32,072 bases of DNA, taken from positions 1 through 32,072 of IMG/VR virus record IMGVR_UViG_3300025528_000027. One strand, given 5' to 3'. Source of the stretch: a virus. Taxonomy: Duplodnaviria > Caudoviricetes. Within the stretch, counting starts at the first letter, position 1, and each line of letters starts with the position of its first letter. This document shows positions 22,314 through 32,038 of the stretch, one piece after another. Under the pieces are notes generated by a model. That model made no database searches. It worked only from the letters and a program-made list of their open reading frames with translations, and was not told the origin of the DNA. A program made the translations under genes and the position numbers.

Positions 22314-25306
22314 TGGCCACAAGATCGCTCGGCACGCTGACCATCGACGTATTGGCCCGCACGGCAAACCTGACGCAAGGCATGTCGAAGGCCGCGCGTG
22401 AGGTGGACAACGAGGCCAAGCGCATCCGTCGCTCTCTGGAATCGAATGTTGCACAAGGCGCAAACACGGCCAGCGATGCGCTAAACCGATTTGGCGCTCA
22501 GGTTGTGTCCATCGCGGCGGCGTGGCGGGGGCTTTCTGCCGGCATTGCAGCTGCGGACACATGGACGAATCTGAATAACAGACTCCGCCTTGTCACGGAT
22601 GGGCAGGACCAGTTCGTGGCGGCACAGGAGAACGTGCTGCGCATCGCCAAGGAGACCCGGCAACCGCTTGAGGCGACGGCAGAACTCTACCAGCGAATTG
22701 CCACGAACCAGAAGGAGCTGGGCCTCAGCGGGCAGGGCGTCGCGGACATTGTGGAGACGATCAGCAAGGCGATGGTCGTCTCTGGCACGTCGGCCCAAGG
22801 AGCGCAGGCCGCTCTCGTTCAGCTCGGTCAGGCATTCGCATCCGGAACCCTCCGTGGCGAGGAGCTTAACTCGGTTCTGGAACAGGCACCGGCACTGGCG
22901 AATGCAATCGCTGCTGGCCTTGGCGTCCCCATCGGCAAGCTGCGCGAACTTGGCAAGGCGGGCGAGCTTACCGCCGAGCAGGTCATTGGCGCGCTCCAAG
23001 ATCAGGCCGATGAGATTGATGCCGCATTTGGCAAGATGGACACGACCATCGGGCAGGCGTTGACCAACGTCCGCACCAATCTCACCGAGATCATCGGGCG
23101 GTTCAGCGAGGCGACCGGGGCTGCTTCTGGACTGGCATCCGCGATTAACTTCCTTGGCAACAACTTGCCGCAGGTCGCCGCCGCATTCGCTGCCTTCGCA
23201 TCTGTCAAGCTCACGCAGCAGCTAGTAGATCGTGTCCGGGCTTTCCGCGAGACGCAGGCTGCGCTTGTCGCGCAGACAAAGGCGGAGCTTGCAAACGCTC
23301 AGGCTATCGAGCTGAAGACCCGCGCAGCGCTACTGGATGCGCAGGCCGAAGTGCGCAGGGCTCAGGCCATCGGCGGCAGTGTTGCGGTCAGCGCGCAGGC
23401 CGCGCAGGCGACACTGGCGCACCGGCAGGCGGTTATCGCACTGGAGGCCGCGCAGGCCAGGGCTGCCGCCGCCGCGAATGTCTGGGGCCGGGCAGCCGGC
23501 AGTCTGCTCGGGTTCTTTGGCGGTCCGGCCGGCCTTGCCGTCATGCTCGCCACCACGGCTGCATCGTGGCTGCTGTTCCGCGACAACACGGACAAGGCGT
23601 CGCAAGCCTTGATTGACTTCTCCGGCGCGGCTGACACCGCGATTGAGAAGTTCAGGGAACTCAACCGGCAGCAGCAGGCGGGGGAAATCCTGCGCCTGCA
23701 GGAAGAGATGTCGGACAACTTTGGCGACATCGCGCTTAGGGTATCTCAGGTCTCCAATCTCATATCCGGACTTGGCGTTAACGCCGATTTGCCCGGCTTC
23801 ATTGACCGAGTGGAAGATCTGAAGGACGCATTCCACGCCGGGCGGATATCCGCAGACGAGTTTTCCCAGGCAATCGACGACGCGGCCAGGGAGGCGGTAA
23901 AGGGCGTATCAATTTCCGAGGGGCTTGAGCGTGCGCTAGTTGACCAGACAGCGGCACTTGGCACGCTTGCCAGGGACTATGAGCGTCAGCGCAAGCTGCT
24001 TGATGAGTTCACAGGAGCCCAGCGCGGGGCGGAAGCATCTGTCGATAGCAACACCAAGGCGATCAGGGATCAGGCCGCCGCGCTGGCCCAAGGGCAGAAG
24101 GCGCTTTCCGACTACATCGGGAAGATGGACCAGATGATCAACCAGGGGGTTGTCAGCCTCGTCCGAAAGACCAAGGGCGAGTTCGCGGCCCTCCAGGTTG
24201 AGGTCGGCCAGCTTATCAATGCCGCTGGCGGCGTGGATGCTCTGGACCCGCAGCAACGGGCCGCGATCAATAAGTTCCTTGAGATCAGGCGCCGGCAGAT
24301 CCAACTGGAGCAGGAATACGACGCCCAGAGGAAGGCAGCGCGAGGTGGTCGTGGCAGGAAGTCAGACGCCGAGCGCGAAGCGGAGCAGTTGCAGCGCTCC
24401 TACGAATCCATGATGGAGTCAATGCGCGAACGGATCGCGCTGTTCGGCCAGGAGGGAGAGGCGGCGCGGGTTCGCTACGAGATCGAACATGGTTCGCTGA
24501 AGGCGCTTGATGATGCCAAGAAGCAGGCGCTTCTGACCGAGGCTGAGCGCCTCGACACAATGAGGCGGCTGGCTGAGCAGCAGGAGGCGGCCGACAGGGC
24601 GGTGCGCGAGGATTACGAGCGCATTCAAGAGGGGCTGAAGTACGGCAAGGAGCTGCTTGCCGACCTTCAGTTCGAGCTTGAACTCATGCGGATGACCAAC
24701 GCGGAGCGCGCGACCGCGATTCAGCTTCGGGGCATGGAAGCTGAGGCAGTTGCAGAGTACGGCGAGGCCATCGCAAGAGCGAACCGTGACATCGAAGAAT
24801 CGATGAAGCAGATGCGGCTCATGGATGACATGAGGAACGAGTTCTCCAATTTCTTCGAGGACATCATCTCGGGTACTGAGTCGGTATCGGATGCGTTCAA
24901 GAATCTTCTGAATGGAATTGCCAATGCAATAACCCGTTTCGTTTCTCAGCGGCTGGTCGAGCAGCTATTCGGCCAGTTCGGGACTATGGGCGGCGGCTCT
25001 ACAGGCTGGATTTCTTCAATCGCGGGAATCTTCGCCGGGCGTCGCGCATCTGGTGGCTGGGTCGGGGCGAACAGTCTGGCCGAGGTCAACGAGCGCGGCT
25101 TTGAAATGGCGACCGTCAACGGCCGCGACTACCTGTTGACCGGGAACAGGCCAGTGGAGATCACCCCGAATCACATGCTTGGATTCGGCGGGGCTTCCGT
25201 TACCAACAATTTCGCATTCGCCGCGCCAACATCGCCGAAGACGCAATCGCAGATTGCGGCCCGAGTCGGCTATGAGATCCGGCGCGCTCAGAGGCTTGGT
25301 GTATGA
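22313..25306 (+). CDS. Tail tape measure protein
   Basis: 997 aa, Ala-rich and helical. SLGTLTIDV N-terminus, tape-measure domain QLGQAFASGTLRGEELNSVLEQAP, C-terminal RASGGWV..EVNERGFE. Confidence 0.95.
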   Translation: MATRSLGTLTIDVLARTANLTQGMSKAAREVDNEAKRIRRSLESNVAQGANTASDALNRFGAQVVSIAAAWRGLSAGIAAADTWTNLNNRLRLVTDGQDQFVAAQENVLRIAKETRQPLEATAELYQRIATNQKELGLSGQGVADIVETISKAMVVSGTSAQGAQAALVQLGQAFASGTLRGEELNSVLEQAPALANAIAAGLGVPIGKLRELGKAGELTAEQVIGALQDQADEIDAAFGKMDTTIGQALTNVRTNLTEIIGRFSEATGAASGLASAINFLGNNLPQVAAAFAAFASVKLTQQLVDRVRAFRETQAALVAQTKAELANAQAIELKTRAALLDAQAEVRRAQAIGGSVAVSAQAAQATLAHRQAVIALEAAQARAAAAANVWGRAAGSLLGFFGGPAGLAVMLATTAASWLLFRDNTDKASQALIDFSGAADTAIEKFRELNRQQQAGEILRLQEEMSDNFGDIALRVSQVSNLISGLGVNADLPGFIDRVEDLKDAFHAGRISADEFSQAIDDAAREAVKGVSISEGLERALVDQTAALGTLARDYERQRKLLDEFTGAQRGAEASVDSNTKAIRDQAAALAQGQKALSDYIGKMDQMINQGVVSLVRKTKGEFAALQVEVGQLINAAGGVDALDPQQRAAINKFLEIRRRQIQLEQEYDAQRKAARGGRGRKSDAEREAEQLQRSYESMMESMRERIALFGQEGEAARVRYEIEHGSLKALDDAKKQALLTEAERLDTMRRLAEQQEAADRAVREDYERIQEGLKYGKELLADLQFELELMRMTNAERATAIQLRGMEAEAVAEYGEAIARANRDIEESMKQMRLMDDMRNEFSNFFEDIISGTESVSDAFKNLLNGIANAITRFVSQRLVEQLFGQFGTMGGGSTGWISSIAGIFAGRRASGGWVGANSLAEVNERGFEMATVNGRDYLLTGNRPVEITPNHMLGFGGASVTNNFAFAAPTSPKTQSQIAARVGYEIRRAQRLGV

Positions 25307-25896
25307 CCACGATCAACGCGGAGCTGGAACTGTGCCCGGGCTATGGCTGGCAGGTGCAGCCGGAGTTCAACACCCTGATCAAGCAGTTGCGCAGTGGTCG
25401 TGAGCGTCGGCGCTCGCTGTGGGAGTACGTCAAGCACCGATATGTGCTACCGTTTGCTAACATCACGGATGATGCCTACCTGACACACTTGAAGTCGGTT
25501 TTTCTGGCGTGCCGGGGCTCCGCAGAGTCGTTCCTGGTCAAGGACTACTCCGACTACCGCGCCAATAGGGCGGTGTTCGGCGTTGGCGATGGCACGGAAA
25601 CGGAGTTCGACCTATACATCATCTCCACGTTCGGCTCGGCTAGCTACGCGCGCCGGATTTTCTACCCGGTCGATCCGGTGTTCTACGTGGACGGCACGCC
25701 GGCATCGGCGACGGTGACGGATGGTGTTGTGACGTTCGATACCGCGCCCGGCAACGGTTCGGTGCTGTCGTGGTCCGGCGAATTCAGGGTGCCCGTGCGC
25801 TTCGCCACTGACACGTTCCCGATGAGTATAGACAACCGCTCTGGGGATCGCTATGTTATGAACGGCTCGGTGGAGCTGGTGGAGGTCTGGGAGTGA
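25303..25896 (+). CDS. Distal tail protein (DUF2460-like)
   Basis: PEFNT.I....SGRERR...W, FGVGDG....F.L, WSGEFRVPVRF..D, VELVEV. Confidence 0.85.
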   Translation: MTTINAELELCPGYGWQVQPEFNTLIKQLRSGRERRRSLWEYVKHRYVLPFANITDDAYLTHLKSVFLACRGSAESFLVKDYSDYRANRAVFGVGDGTETEFDLYIISTFGSASYARRIFYPVDPVFYVDGTPASATVTDGVVTFDTAPGNGSVLSWSGEFRVPVRFATDTFPMSIDNRSGDRYVMNGSVELVEVWE

Positions 25897-26834
25897 GTCG
25901 GCAGATCCCGGTTGCGCTGCAATCGAACCTTGACAACTCGGTCCAGTACCTGACCCGGTGCGTTCGATTCCGGCTGAAGGACGGGACTGTCCTCGGGTTC
26001 GCAATGTGGGACCGTGACATCACCTACGACCACGGAGACGGCTACGGGCCGACGGTCTACTCCGCGTCTCAGGGCATCGACCCTTCGACCATCGCGGCGG
26101 ACGTGAACTACTCCGTGGCGAATTCCGAGGGCCGCATCCTGGCGAAAACGACGCTCACCGGCCTGACGATTGAAATGGTCGAGGCCGGGGCGCTGGACGA
26201 CGGGGAATGGGATTGCTTCTTGCTTGACTGGCGCAACCCGGTGACCGGCTCGGCAATGCTGCTGGATGCAGGTGATATTGGCGAAGTTCGCACCGAGGAC
26301 GGGCTGGTCATCATCCCGGAACTTCTGTCGTATGCCATGCGCCTGCGGCAGACCATCGGGACGGTTTGGCAGCGGCCGTGCCGGGCGATTTTCGGCACGC
26401 CCCCTGACTCGCAGACAGGATGCGGGGTGAATGCGGATGCGCTGTGGGTTGATGGCGAGGTCCAGTCTGTCGGAGCGGAGTCCGACCGCACCTTCACGGG
26501 CGATATTGCCGCCTACATGCCGGGGCGCGTGGAGTTCACGTCCGGCCAGAATGTTGGCCGTCGCTATGCCGTGGAATCTGTGGACGGAAATACGATCACG
26601 CTCGCAGAGACAACGCCGTTCCCGATTCAGGCCGGTGATACGTACCGCCACCGGCCCGACTGCACCAAGCTGAAAGATGGGCCGCTCGGCTGCGACCACT
26701 GGGGGAACTGGCCGAACTTCAAGGGCGAGTGGACGATCCCCGTGGGCGATGGTGTCGCGGGTTCGGTGCCGGGCGGCAACCTGCCCGGTGGCGGCGGATG
26801 GGTTGGCGAGAATCCCGTGCAGGAGCTTTTATGA
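25893..26834 (+). CDS. Tail hub protein (DUF2163/BR0599-like)
   Basis: DGTVLGF...DRDI, AGALD, CRAIFG....CGV, C-terminal DCTK....C....N..NFKGE. Confidence 0.85.
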   Translation: MSRQIPVALQSNLDNSVQYLTRCVRFRLKDGTVLGFAMWDRDITYDHGDGYGPTVYSASQGIDPSTIAADVNYSVANSEGRILAKTTLTGLTIEMVEAGALDDGEWDCFLLDWRNPVTGSAMLLDAGDIGEVRTEDGLVIIPELLSYAMRLRQTIGTVWQRPCRAIFGTPPDSQTGCGVNADALWVDGEVQSVGAESDRTFTGDIAAYMPGRVEFTSGQNVGRRYAVESVDGNTITLAETTPFPIQAGDTYRHRPDCTKLKDGPLGCDHWGNWPNFKGEWTIPVGDGVAGSVPGGNLPGGGGWVGENPVQELL

Positions 26835-27265
26835 TGAGCGGGCCGGAACGTGTGGTCGCGCATGCCCGGTCCATGATCGGCGTGCCGTGGCGGCATCAGG
26901 GCCGCAAACCGTGGGCAGTGGATTGCATCGGGCTGGTGGTCGTGGCGATGCGGGCGGCCGGCTGGCCGGGACCGCTGGACGTGCCGCGAGGTTACGGCCG
27001 CGAGCCGTGGGACGACCAGTTGCGGGCGGGTCTACGCCGTCACTTCGGCGAGCCCGTCTCCGGCGATTGGCAGCCGGGCGACATCGCGCTGTTCCGTTGG
27101 GGCAAGGGTGAGCCGTCTCACGTCGGTATCATTGCTGATCACCCGCATGGCGGTCTATCGATCATCCATGCTAGCAACCTGCGAAACGTAGTGGAGACGT
27201 CGCTGTCCGGCCGGCTGTTGTCGTGCGTCGAGGAAGTCTATCGGCCGAAGTGGGGTGAAGCGTGA
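26831..27265 (+). CDS. NlpC/P60 (C40) tail-associated peptidase
   Basis: ARSMIGVPWRHQGR...VDCIGLV, PGDIALF, HVGI, IIHA. Start is ATG 26831 or 26834. Confidence 0.9.
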   Translation: MMSGPERVVAHARSMIGVPWRHQGRKPWAVDCIGLVVVAMRAAGWPGPLDVPRGYGREPWDDQLRAGLRRHFGEPVSGDWQPGDIALFRWGKGEPSHVGIIADHPHGGLSIIHASNLRNVVETSLSGRLLSCVEEVYRPKWGEA

Positions 27266-28263
27266 GCGATTACGCAGGTCCCGTTCTCGGCGTCGTTGGC
27301 GCCGTTGTAGGCTTTGCGGTTGGTGGCCCTTCCGGCGCCATGTGGGGCTGGACCATCGGCGCGACGCTCGGCGGCATGTATTCTGCGTCGCAGCAGGTCA
27401 TCCCGGGCCCGAAAATCGGTGATGTACAGAGGCAGACGCAGCAGGAGGGCGGATTCCGCCCCATTGTCTATGGCAGGTCGCATCCGATTGCGGGAAACGT
27501 CATCGCCGATGGCGGGCCGGTCATCGTCAAAAAGCGGCAGCGCCAGGGAAAGGGCGGCCCGAAGGTCGAGACGGAATCTGTCTATCGCACGTATGCGGTG
27601 GGGTTCTGTGAGGGCGAGGCGATACTGCTGCAAGCGTGGCGGAACGGCATTCTCGTCTACGACGCCGAAGACCCGTCGATGGCGGCGGAGAACGCGAAGT
27701 TCCTTGAGTACGCCACTTGGTACACAGGCAGCTTCAATCAGGGGCCGTCTCCTGCGCTGGAGGAGATTTTCGGGGTGGGGCAAGCGCCCTACTTCCGGGG
27801 AACGGCCTATCTCGCACTTCACAACGAGGACGTGACCGACCTGCGAGGCGCTTGGTCGCAATGGCAGGTCCGCGTGTTCCGTGGTGCTGCGCGATCCTAT
27901 ACCACGCCGCCGTATCCGGTGGTCTTCACGGATTCTCTTGGCATCACCTCGCTCGCCCGCAAAGGCGGCCACTATACATTCCCGGTCGAGGGAATGTCGG
28001 TAGAGTCGCTGGCCTTGGGCGGAACGCTCAAAGACACATTTCTCAGCTACGCAAGTCCACCAGAGGAGATGGATATCTCCAGCATTGCGCTCGGTGGAAC
28101 GCTTGGCACGCCACTACAGCACTACGACTACGAACCAGAACCCCTGGATATTTCCAGTGTCGCGCTAGGGGGCGACTTGGAAGTCGTTCTGTTGCGGTAT
28201 CAAAACTACGAACCAGAGGCCATGGACATTTCCAGTGTCGCACTAGGAGGAACCCTGACGTGA
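27262..28263 (+). CDS. Central tail/tip protein, N-terminal part, fused to a repeat domain
   Basis: Gly-rich N-terminus, RPIVYG..IAGNVI, TYAVGFCEG, YTG...Q.P.P.LE...G...PYFRGTAY, then C-terminal DISS.ALGG.L repeats. Confidence 0.8.
   Translation: MSDYAGPVLGVVGAVVGFAVGGPSGAMWGWTIGATLGGMYSASQQVIPGPKIGDVQRQTQQEGGFRPIVYGRSHPIAGNVIADGGPVIVKKRQRQGKGGPKVETESVYRTYAVGFCEGEAILLQAWRNGILVYDAEDPSMAAENAKFLEYATWYTGSFNQGPSPALEEIFGVGQAPYFRGTAYLALHNEDVTDLRGAWSQWQVRVFRGAARSYTTPPYPVVFTDSLGITSLARKGGHYTFPVEGMSVESLALGGTLKDTFLSYASPPEEMDISSIALGGTLGTPLQHYDYEPEPLDISSVALGGDLEVVLLRYQNYEPEAMDISSVALGGTLT
27988..28260 (+). repeat. Four ~25-aa coding repeats E.(M/L)(D/S)(I/V).S.ALGG.L
   Basis: MSVESLALGGTL, MDISSIALGGTL, LDISSVALGGDL, MDISSVALGGTL. 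Confidence 0.8.
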
Positions 28264-29252
28264 TCGATATTTACATCCCAAGCGGGCGGTTCTTAGAAGG
28301 CGAAATTTCCGAAGCGAAAGTTGGTCTTGAGGGCTGGTATACGTTGCGCGCCAGACGCCGCAGCGGGCGCGTGACCCGTGAGCGTACGTTCAAGGTGGAA
28401 GCGTGCCGAGAGCTTCCTCCATTCCATAATCTGATCACCAATCTGGGGCTTGATCGCTTCGGCTCGGCGCCTGCAAATTCACTCTACATCAGGTGCCATG
28501 TTGGCACTGGAACGGCCACCCCTTCGGTAACCGACACGCAGTTGCAGACCTTCTTGGCTGCCGTGAGTACGTCGAACCCGACGACTGCAATCGCCAACTC
28601 TGGCCCCCCCGATTACTACTCGTATCGCACTTTCACTTGGACAAGTTCCATTGGCGCGCTCGGCAACAACAATCTGACCGAGATCGGGATCAGCGGCCAG
28701 AGCACAAACGGCCTGTTGTTCTCGCGCGAACTGATACGCGACTCTGGCGGAAACCCGACAGCTTTCCCGATTTCAGCCGATGAGCAGCTTGAGGTCACGT
28801 ATGAGTTGCGCATCTATCCTAACTTGACTGATGTTCCGGCTACGGTGATGGTCGGGTCGAATAGCCACGATACGATCACGCGCCCAATGTTGGTGAACAA
28901 CACAGGATTCTGGGGCCCGCTCCAAGTAGCGTCCGGTGTTGCGAATGCGGCGCGGGGCGGCGCCGCTGGAACAAATAGGGCGCATTCTGGCGACCTGGTT
29001 CCGTATACAGATTCTCTCCCGTCAGGCAGTCTTGGTGACGCCTCTTCTGGCGCAACCGCCCCGTACACGAATGGCAGTTTTTATCGAGATGTGTCAAACA
29101 CGTGGAACATCTCTACTGGCAACGGGAATATCCGGGTTGTGACGGTTGGATTTGGTTGCGCCGCTTTTCAGGTTCGCTATGACCCGGTTATCACGAAAAC
29201 CAACACGCAAGTCCTCACCCTCCATCAGCGCATTTCGTGGGCGCGGCGATGA
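28260..29252 (+). CDS. Virion structural protein (330 aa, Ser/Thr/Gly/Asn-rich, beta-rich)
   Basis: GTGA-coupled start at 28260. FHNLITNLGLD, VGTGTATP..TDTQL, NLTEIG, LFSRELIRD..GNP, L.VTYELRIY. Confidence 0.75.
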   Translation: MIDIYIPSGRFLEGEISEAKVGLEGWYTLRARRRSGRVTRERTFKVEACRELPPFHNLITNLGLDRFGSAPANSLYIRCHVGTGTATPSVTDTQLQTFLAAVSTSNPTTAIANSGPPDYYSYRTFTWTSSIGALGNNNLTEIGISGQSTNGLLFSRELIRDSGGNPTAFPISADEQLEVTYELRIYPNLTDVPATVMVGSNSHDTITRPMLVNNTGFWGPLQVASGVANAARGGAAGTNRAHSGDLVPYTDSLPSGSLGDASSGATAPYTNGSFYRDVSNTWNISTGNGNIRVVTVGFGCAAFQVRYDPVITKTNTQVLTLHQRISWARR

Positions 29253-31444
29253 TCCCAGAAGACAGGTTTTCGTCCACCACGCTTCAAGGGCAGTTGCATA
29301 ACCCTTGGAGCCGACGGGCCGATATCAGCCTCCATTGGGGGCCGATTGCAATACAGGACCCGTCACAAGGCCTTCGGGCGCGACTGTGGAAAGCGCGTTC
29401 CGTAGGGAATGCGATTCTACTGTCGGCCCCCGGCGTGGCAGAGGAGAATTGGTACACGCACACGGAAGACCTGGAGCAGGTTTCACTTTCCTTCGACCAG
29501 AACGGCCGGCCGGCGGTCGCCTTCGTTGATAGCGCGGGCGGAACCTACCTCAGATGGTTCGATCCAGTACCCAACGCCGTGGTGAACATGCCGCTGGTCG
29601 GGATCACCCCGCGCGTCACCCTCGACGATAGTCGGCCGCAGAACCTGAGCAACTCCGACATCATCCTCGGCTATGTGCGCGGTGGGGTCGTGCGCTATCG
29701 GATACAGCGCGAGAGATTCCAAGATGAGCACACGCCGCCCCTCGGGGTAGGTGGCGCACCAGCACAAGCCAGCCGCCTGCACCATATCAGCATGAACTCC
29801 AACCTGCGCCTGCAGTTCGTGGTAGACGATGGAGGCGGCGATGAGGATTGGACGCTGGCGATGATCATCGAGGACATATGTGAGCGCGCGAACCTTCCGC
29901 CAGAGCGGCTGGGCCTATCTCTCATGGACTGGCAGCGCATCGTGCGCGGCTTCACAATCGGCAACGCCTACACGGCTTCTGGCAGCCTACAGTCGCTGTC
30001 ATCGATCTTTTTCTTCGATCCGCAATCCGCGAACGGCCGCGTCCACTTCGTTCCGCGCGGTGCGGATGCTAAGGCAACGATCTACGAAGATGACATGATC
30101 GACAACGGGGAGCCGATTGAAGAAGGCAGCACCCGGCGTGGAGATCCCATCGGTGTTCCGCGCGTCCTGCACCTGAACTACTACGATGTTGCGGGCGGGC
30201 TGAATACCGATAAACAGCGCAGCGAACGACCCGAGGGTACGCGCTCGGAGGGTGAGCAGTCATTGCAGACCCCGGTTGTGCTGTCGGCCGACGAGGCTGC
30301 AACTGTCGTTGCTCGCACGCACGGGCTGATGGTCGAACAGCAGAAGGGCGAGCTGAATTTCTCGCTGCCCGACAACTGGCTGCGACTCACAGAGTCCGAC
30401 CCGGTGTTCGTGCAGACCGGCACGAAGATGGTCAGGGCGATCATCACAAAGGTGGAGACGGACGAAGGCGAACAGAGATACAAGGCCATACGTGATCGGC
30501 AGAGCCTCTACACGATGCAGGTGCAGGGCATCCCTGCCGCGCCGGTCACCCGGCCTCCGTCGAGCGTTGCCGGTCCGACCATCATCGAGTTCCTCGACAT
30601 CCCGATCCTGCGCGACACGCACGATCAGCTCGGGTTCTACCTCGCCGTGTCCGGCGTCATGCCAGCGTGGCCCGGCGCTTACGTCGAGCTGTCACTTGAT
30701 GGCGGACAGAACTACATCGACGGGCAAACAACTCAAACCGGCAGCGTCATCGGCGAACTTGTGACACCGCTGGGCGATCATCCGCACGAGTTCCCGGACA
30801 CGGTGAACCGGTGCGAAATCCTGATCAAAACACCCAACGAGCCACTGACCGGCACGAACCTGCCCGGAATGCTCAACCGGCGCAACCGAGCGATCATCGG
30901 CAACGAGATCGTCAATTTCGCGGACGTGGACGAAGTGACGCCTGGCATCTGGGATGTGGGGCACTGGCTGCGCGGCCGGCTGGGCACTGATGCGGTGGCG
31001 CACAGCATCGGCGAGCGATTCGTGCTTCTGGACACCGCCATGTTCATCCCGGCTGAATTGGCGTGGCTGGGCCGAGACCTGACGTTCCGCGCGGCAACGC
31101 TTGGGCGCCCGATTGACGAGGCCACGATCACGACGGTCACATTCACCGGGGCATCGCAGACCGAGCGCAAACCTGCCTACCTGTCCGCACGCCGCGACGG
31201 AACGGATGCCGTCATTTCGTGGCAGGGCGTCGGCAGGCTTGGCGCAGGCGCGAACGTCGCAATGGGCGCGTACTTCCAGGGCTACCGCGTCACGCTAACG
31301 GACGGCAGCACCACGCAGACACACGACACCACGGCAAACGCGCTCACTACGTCACTATCCGCGTTTGTTGGGCCGGTCACAGTCCGCGTCCAGCAGCGCA
31401 ACCAAATCACCGGGCTTGGCCCGTACATTGAGGTCACTATCTGA
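29249..31444 (+). CDS. Central tail/tip protein, C-terminal part (Phage-tail_3/GTA megatron-like) with a foreign N-terminal domain
   Basis: N-terminal ~200 aa with DPSQGL and FDQNGRP, then LAMIIEDICERA, FFFD...G.VHFVPRG, LDIPIL, NRAIIGNEIVNF, LRGRLGT, GERFVLL. Confidence 0.82.
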   Translation: MIPEDRFSSTTLQGQLHNPWSRRADISLHWGPIAIQDPSQGLRARLWKARSVGNAILLSAPGVAEENWYTHTEDLEQVSLSFDQNGRPAVAFVDSAGGTYLRWFDPVPNAVVNMPLVGITPRVTLDDSRPQNLSNSDIILGYVRGGVVRYRIQRERFQDEHTPPLGVGGAPAQASRLHHISMNSNLRLQFVVDDGGGDEDWTLAMIIEDICERANLPPERLGLSLMDWQRIVRGFTIGNAYTASGSLQSLSSIFFFDPQSANGRVHFVPRGADAKATIYEDDMIDNGEPIEEGSTRRGDPIGVPRVLHLNYYDVAGGLNTDKQRSERPEGTRSEGEQSLQTPVVLSADEAATVVARTHGLMVEQQKGELNFSLPDNWLRLTESDPVFVQTGTKMVRAIITKVETDEGEQRYKAIRDRQSLYTMQVQGIPAAPVTRPPSSVAGPTIIEFLDIPILRDTHDQLGFYLAVSGVMPAWPGAYVELSLDGGQNYIDGQTTQTGSVIGELVTPLGDHPHEFPDTVNRCEILIKTPNEPLTGTNLPGMLNRRNRAIIGNEIVNFADVDEVTPGIWDVGHWLRGRLGTDAVAHSIGERFVLLDTAMFIPAELAWLGRDLTFRAATLGRPIDEATITTVTFTGASQTERKPAYLSARRDGTDAVISWQGVGRLGAGANVAMGAYFQGYRVTLTDGSTTQTHDTTANALTTSLSAFVGPVTVRVQQRNQITGLGPYIEVTI

Positions 31445-31800
31445 TGACGACACCCAATACCGGTATCCCCTACGTCCCAGAGGGCACGCAAGACCCTGCC
31501 GCTGGCCTGAACCTCGCGCTCAACGTGATAGACGCGCTGTTGCAGACGGCGGTCATCGACATGGGTCAGACCGCACCGCCGGGCTCACCGAACGACGGCG
31601 ATATGCATATCGTGGGCACTGGCGCGACAGGCGCGTGGGCAGGGCAGGACAACAACCTCGCCCGCTACGTTGCCGAGGGCGGCTTCTGGCAGTTCTACGA
31701 AGCTGGGACGCAGGTCCGCATCGTGTTCAACGAGGACGACGGCGGCCTGTACGTCTGGCACGGCGGAGAGTGGAAACTGCTGGCGTCCCTTACTTCGTGA
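31444..31800 (+). CDS. DUF2793-like protein (tail fibre N-terminal-type domain)
   Basis: TPN.GIPY......N.AL..IDALLQ..V.....APPGSP.DGD..IV..GATGAWAGQD..LA....W.F. Confidence 0.82.
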   Translation: MTTPNTGIPYVPEGTQDPAAGLNLALNVIDALLQTAVIDMGQTAPPGSPNDGDMHIVGTGATGAWAGQDNNLARYVAEGGFWQFYEAGTQVRIVFNEDDGGLYVWHGGEWKLLASLTS

Positions 31801-32038
31801 GGAGCGGGCCGCGCCTGGGCAGCCGCCGGCGATTCTGCTGGGCGAGCGCCTCTAGCGCGAACTGCACCGGGTACGGGGCAGGGCGGTAACCGGCAGACTC
31901 GTCGGCGAGGTAGTAGCGCATCACGCGATCCGAGATTCCTATGCTGCGCGCGGCTGCGCGTTGCGACAGCCCCGCCTGTTGCAGCAGCGCCCGGAGGTAT
32001 TCCGGGCGCGGGTCGTGCTTGCTGGCGTCGGGGGTCAT
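31790..32038 (-). CDS. XRE-like HTH DNA-binding protein
   Basis: MTPDASKHDPRPEYLRALLQQAGLSQRAAARSIGISDRVMRYYL..APYPVQFALEALA. Start probably at ATG 32038. Confidence 0.75.
   Translation of the reverse strand: MTPDASKHDPRPEYLRALLQQAGLSQRAAARSIGISDRVMRYYLADESAGYRPAPYPVQFALEALAQQNRRRLPRRGPLLTK

Noticed and set aside
27717-28259. Upstream extensions of ORF-track calls (e.g. starts at 27717, 966, 2401, 7779, 13802, 17206, 26729)
   Set aside because: They overlap upstream genes in another frame. Coupled downstream starts with RBS or stop-start overlaps fit better.
27988-28260. Tail repeats as diversity-generating retroelement TR/VR
   Set aside because: No reverse transcriptase in the window, differences are not adenine-specific, and the repeats are in-frame coding units.
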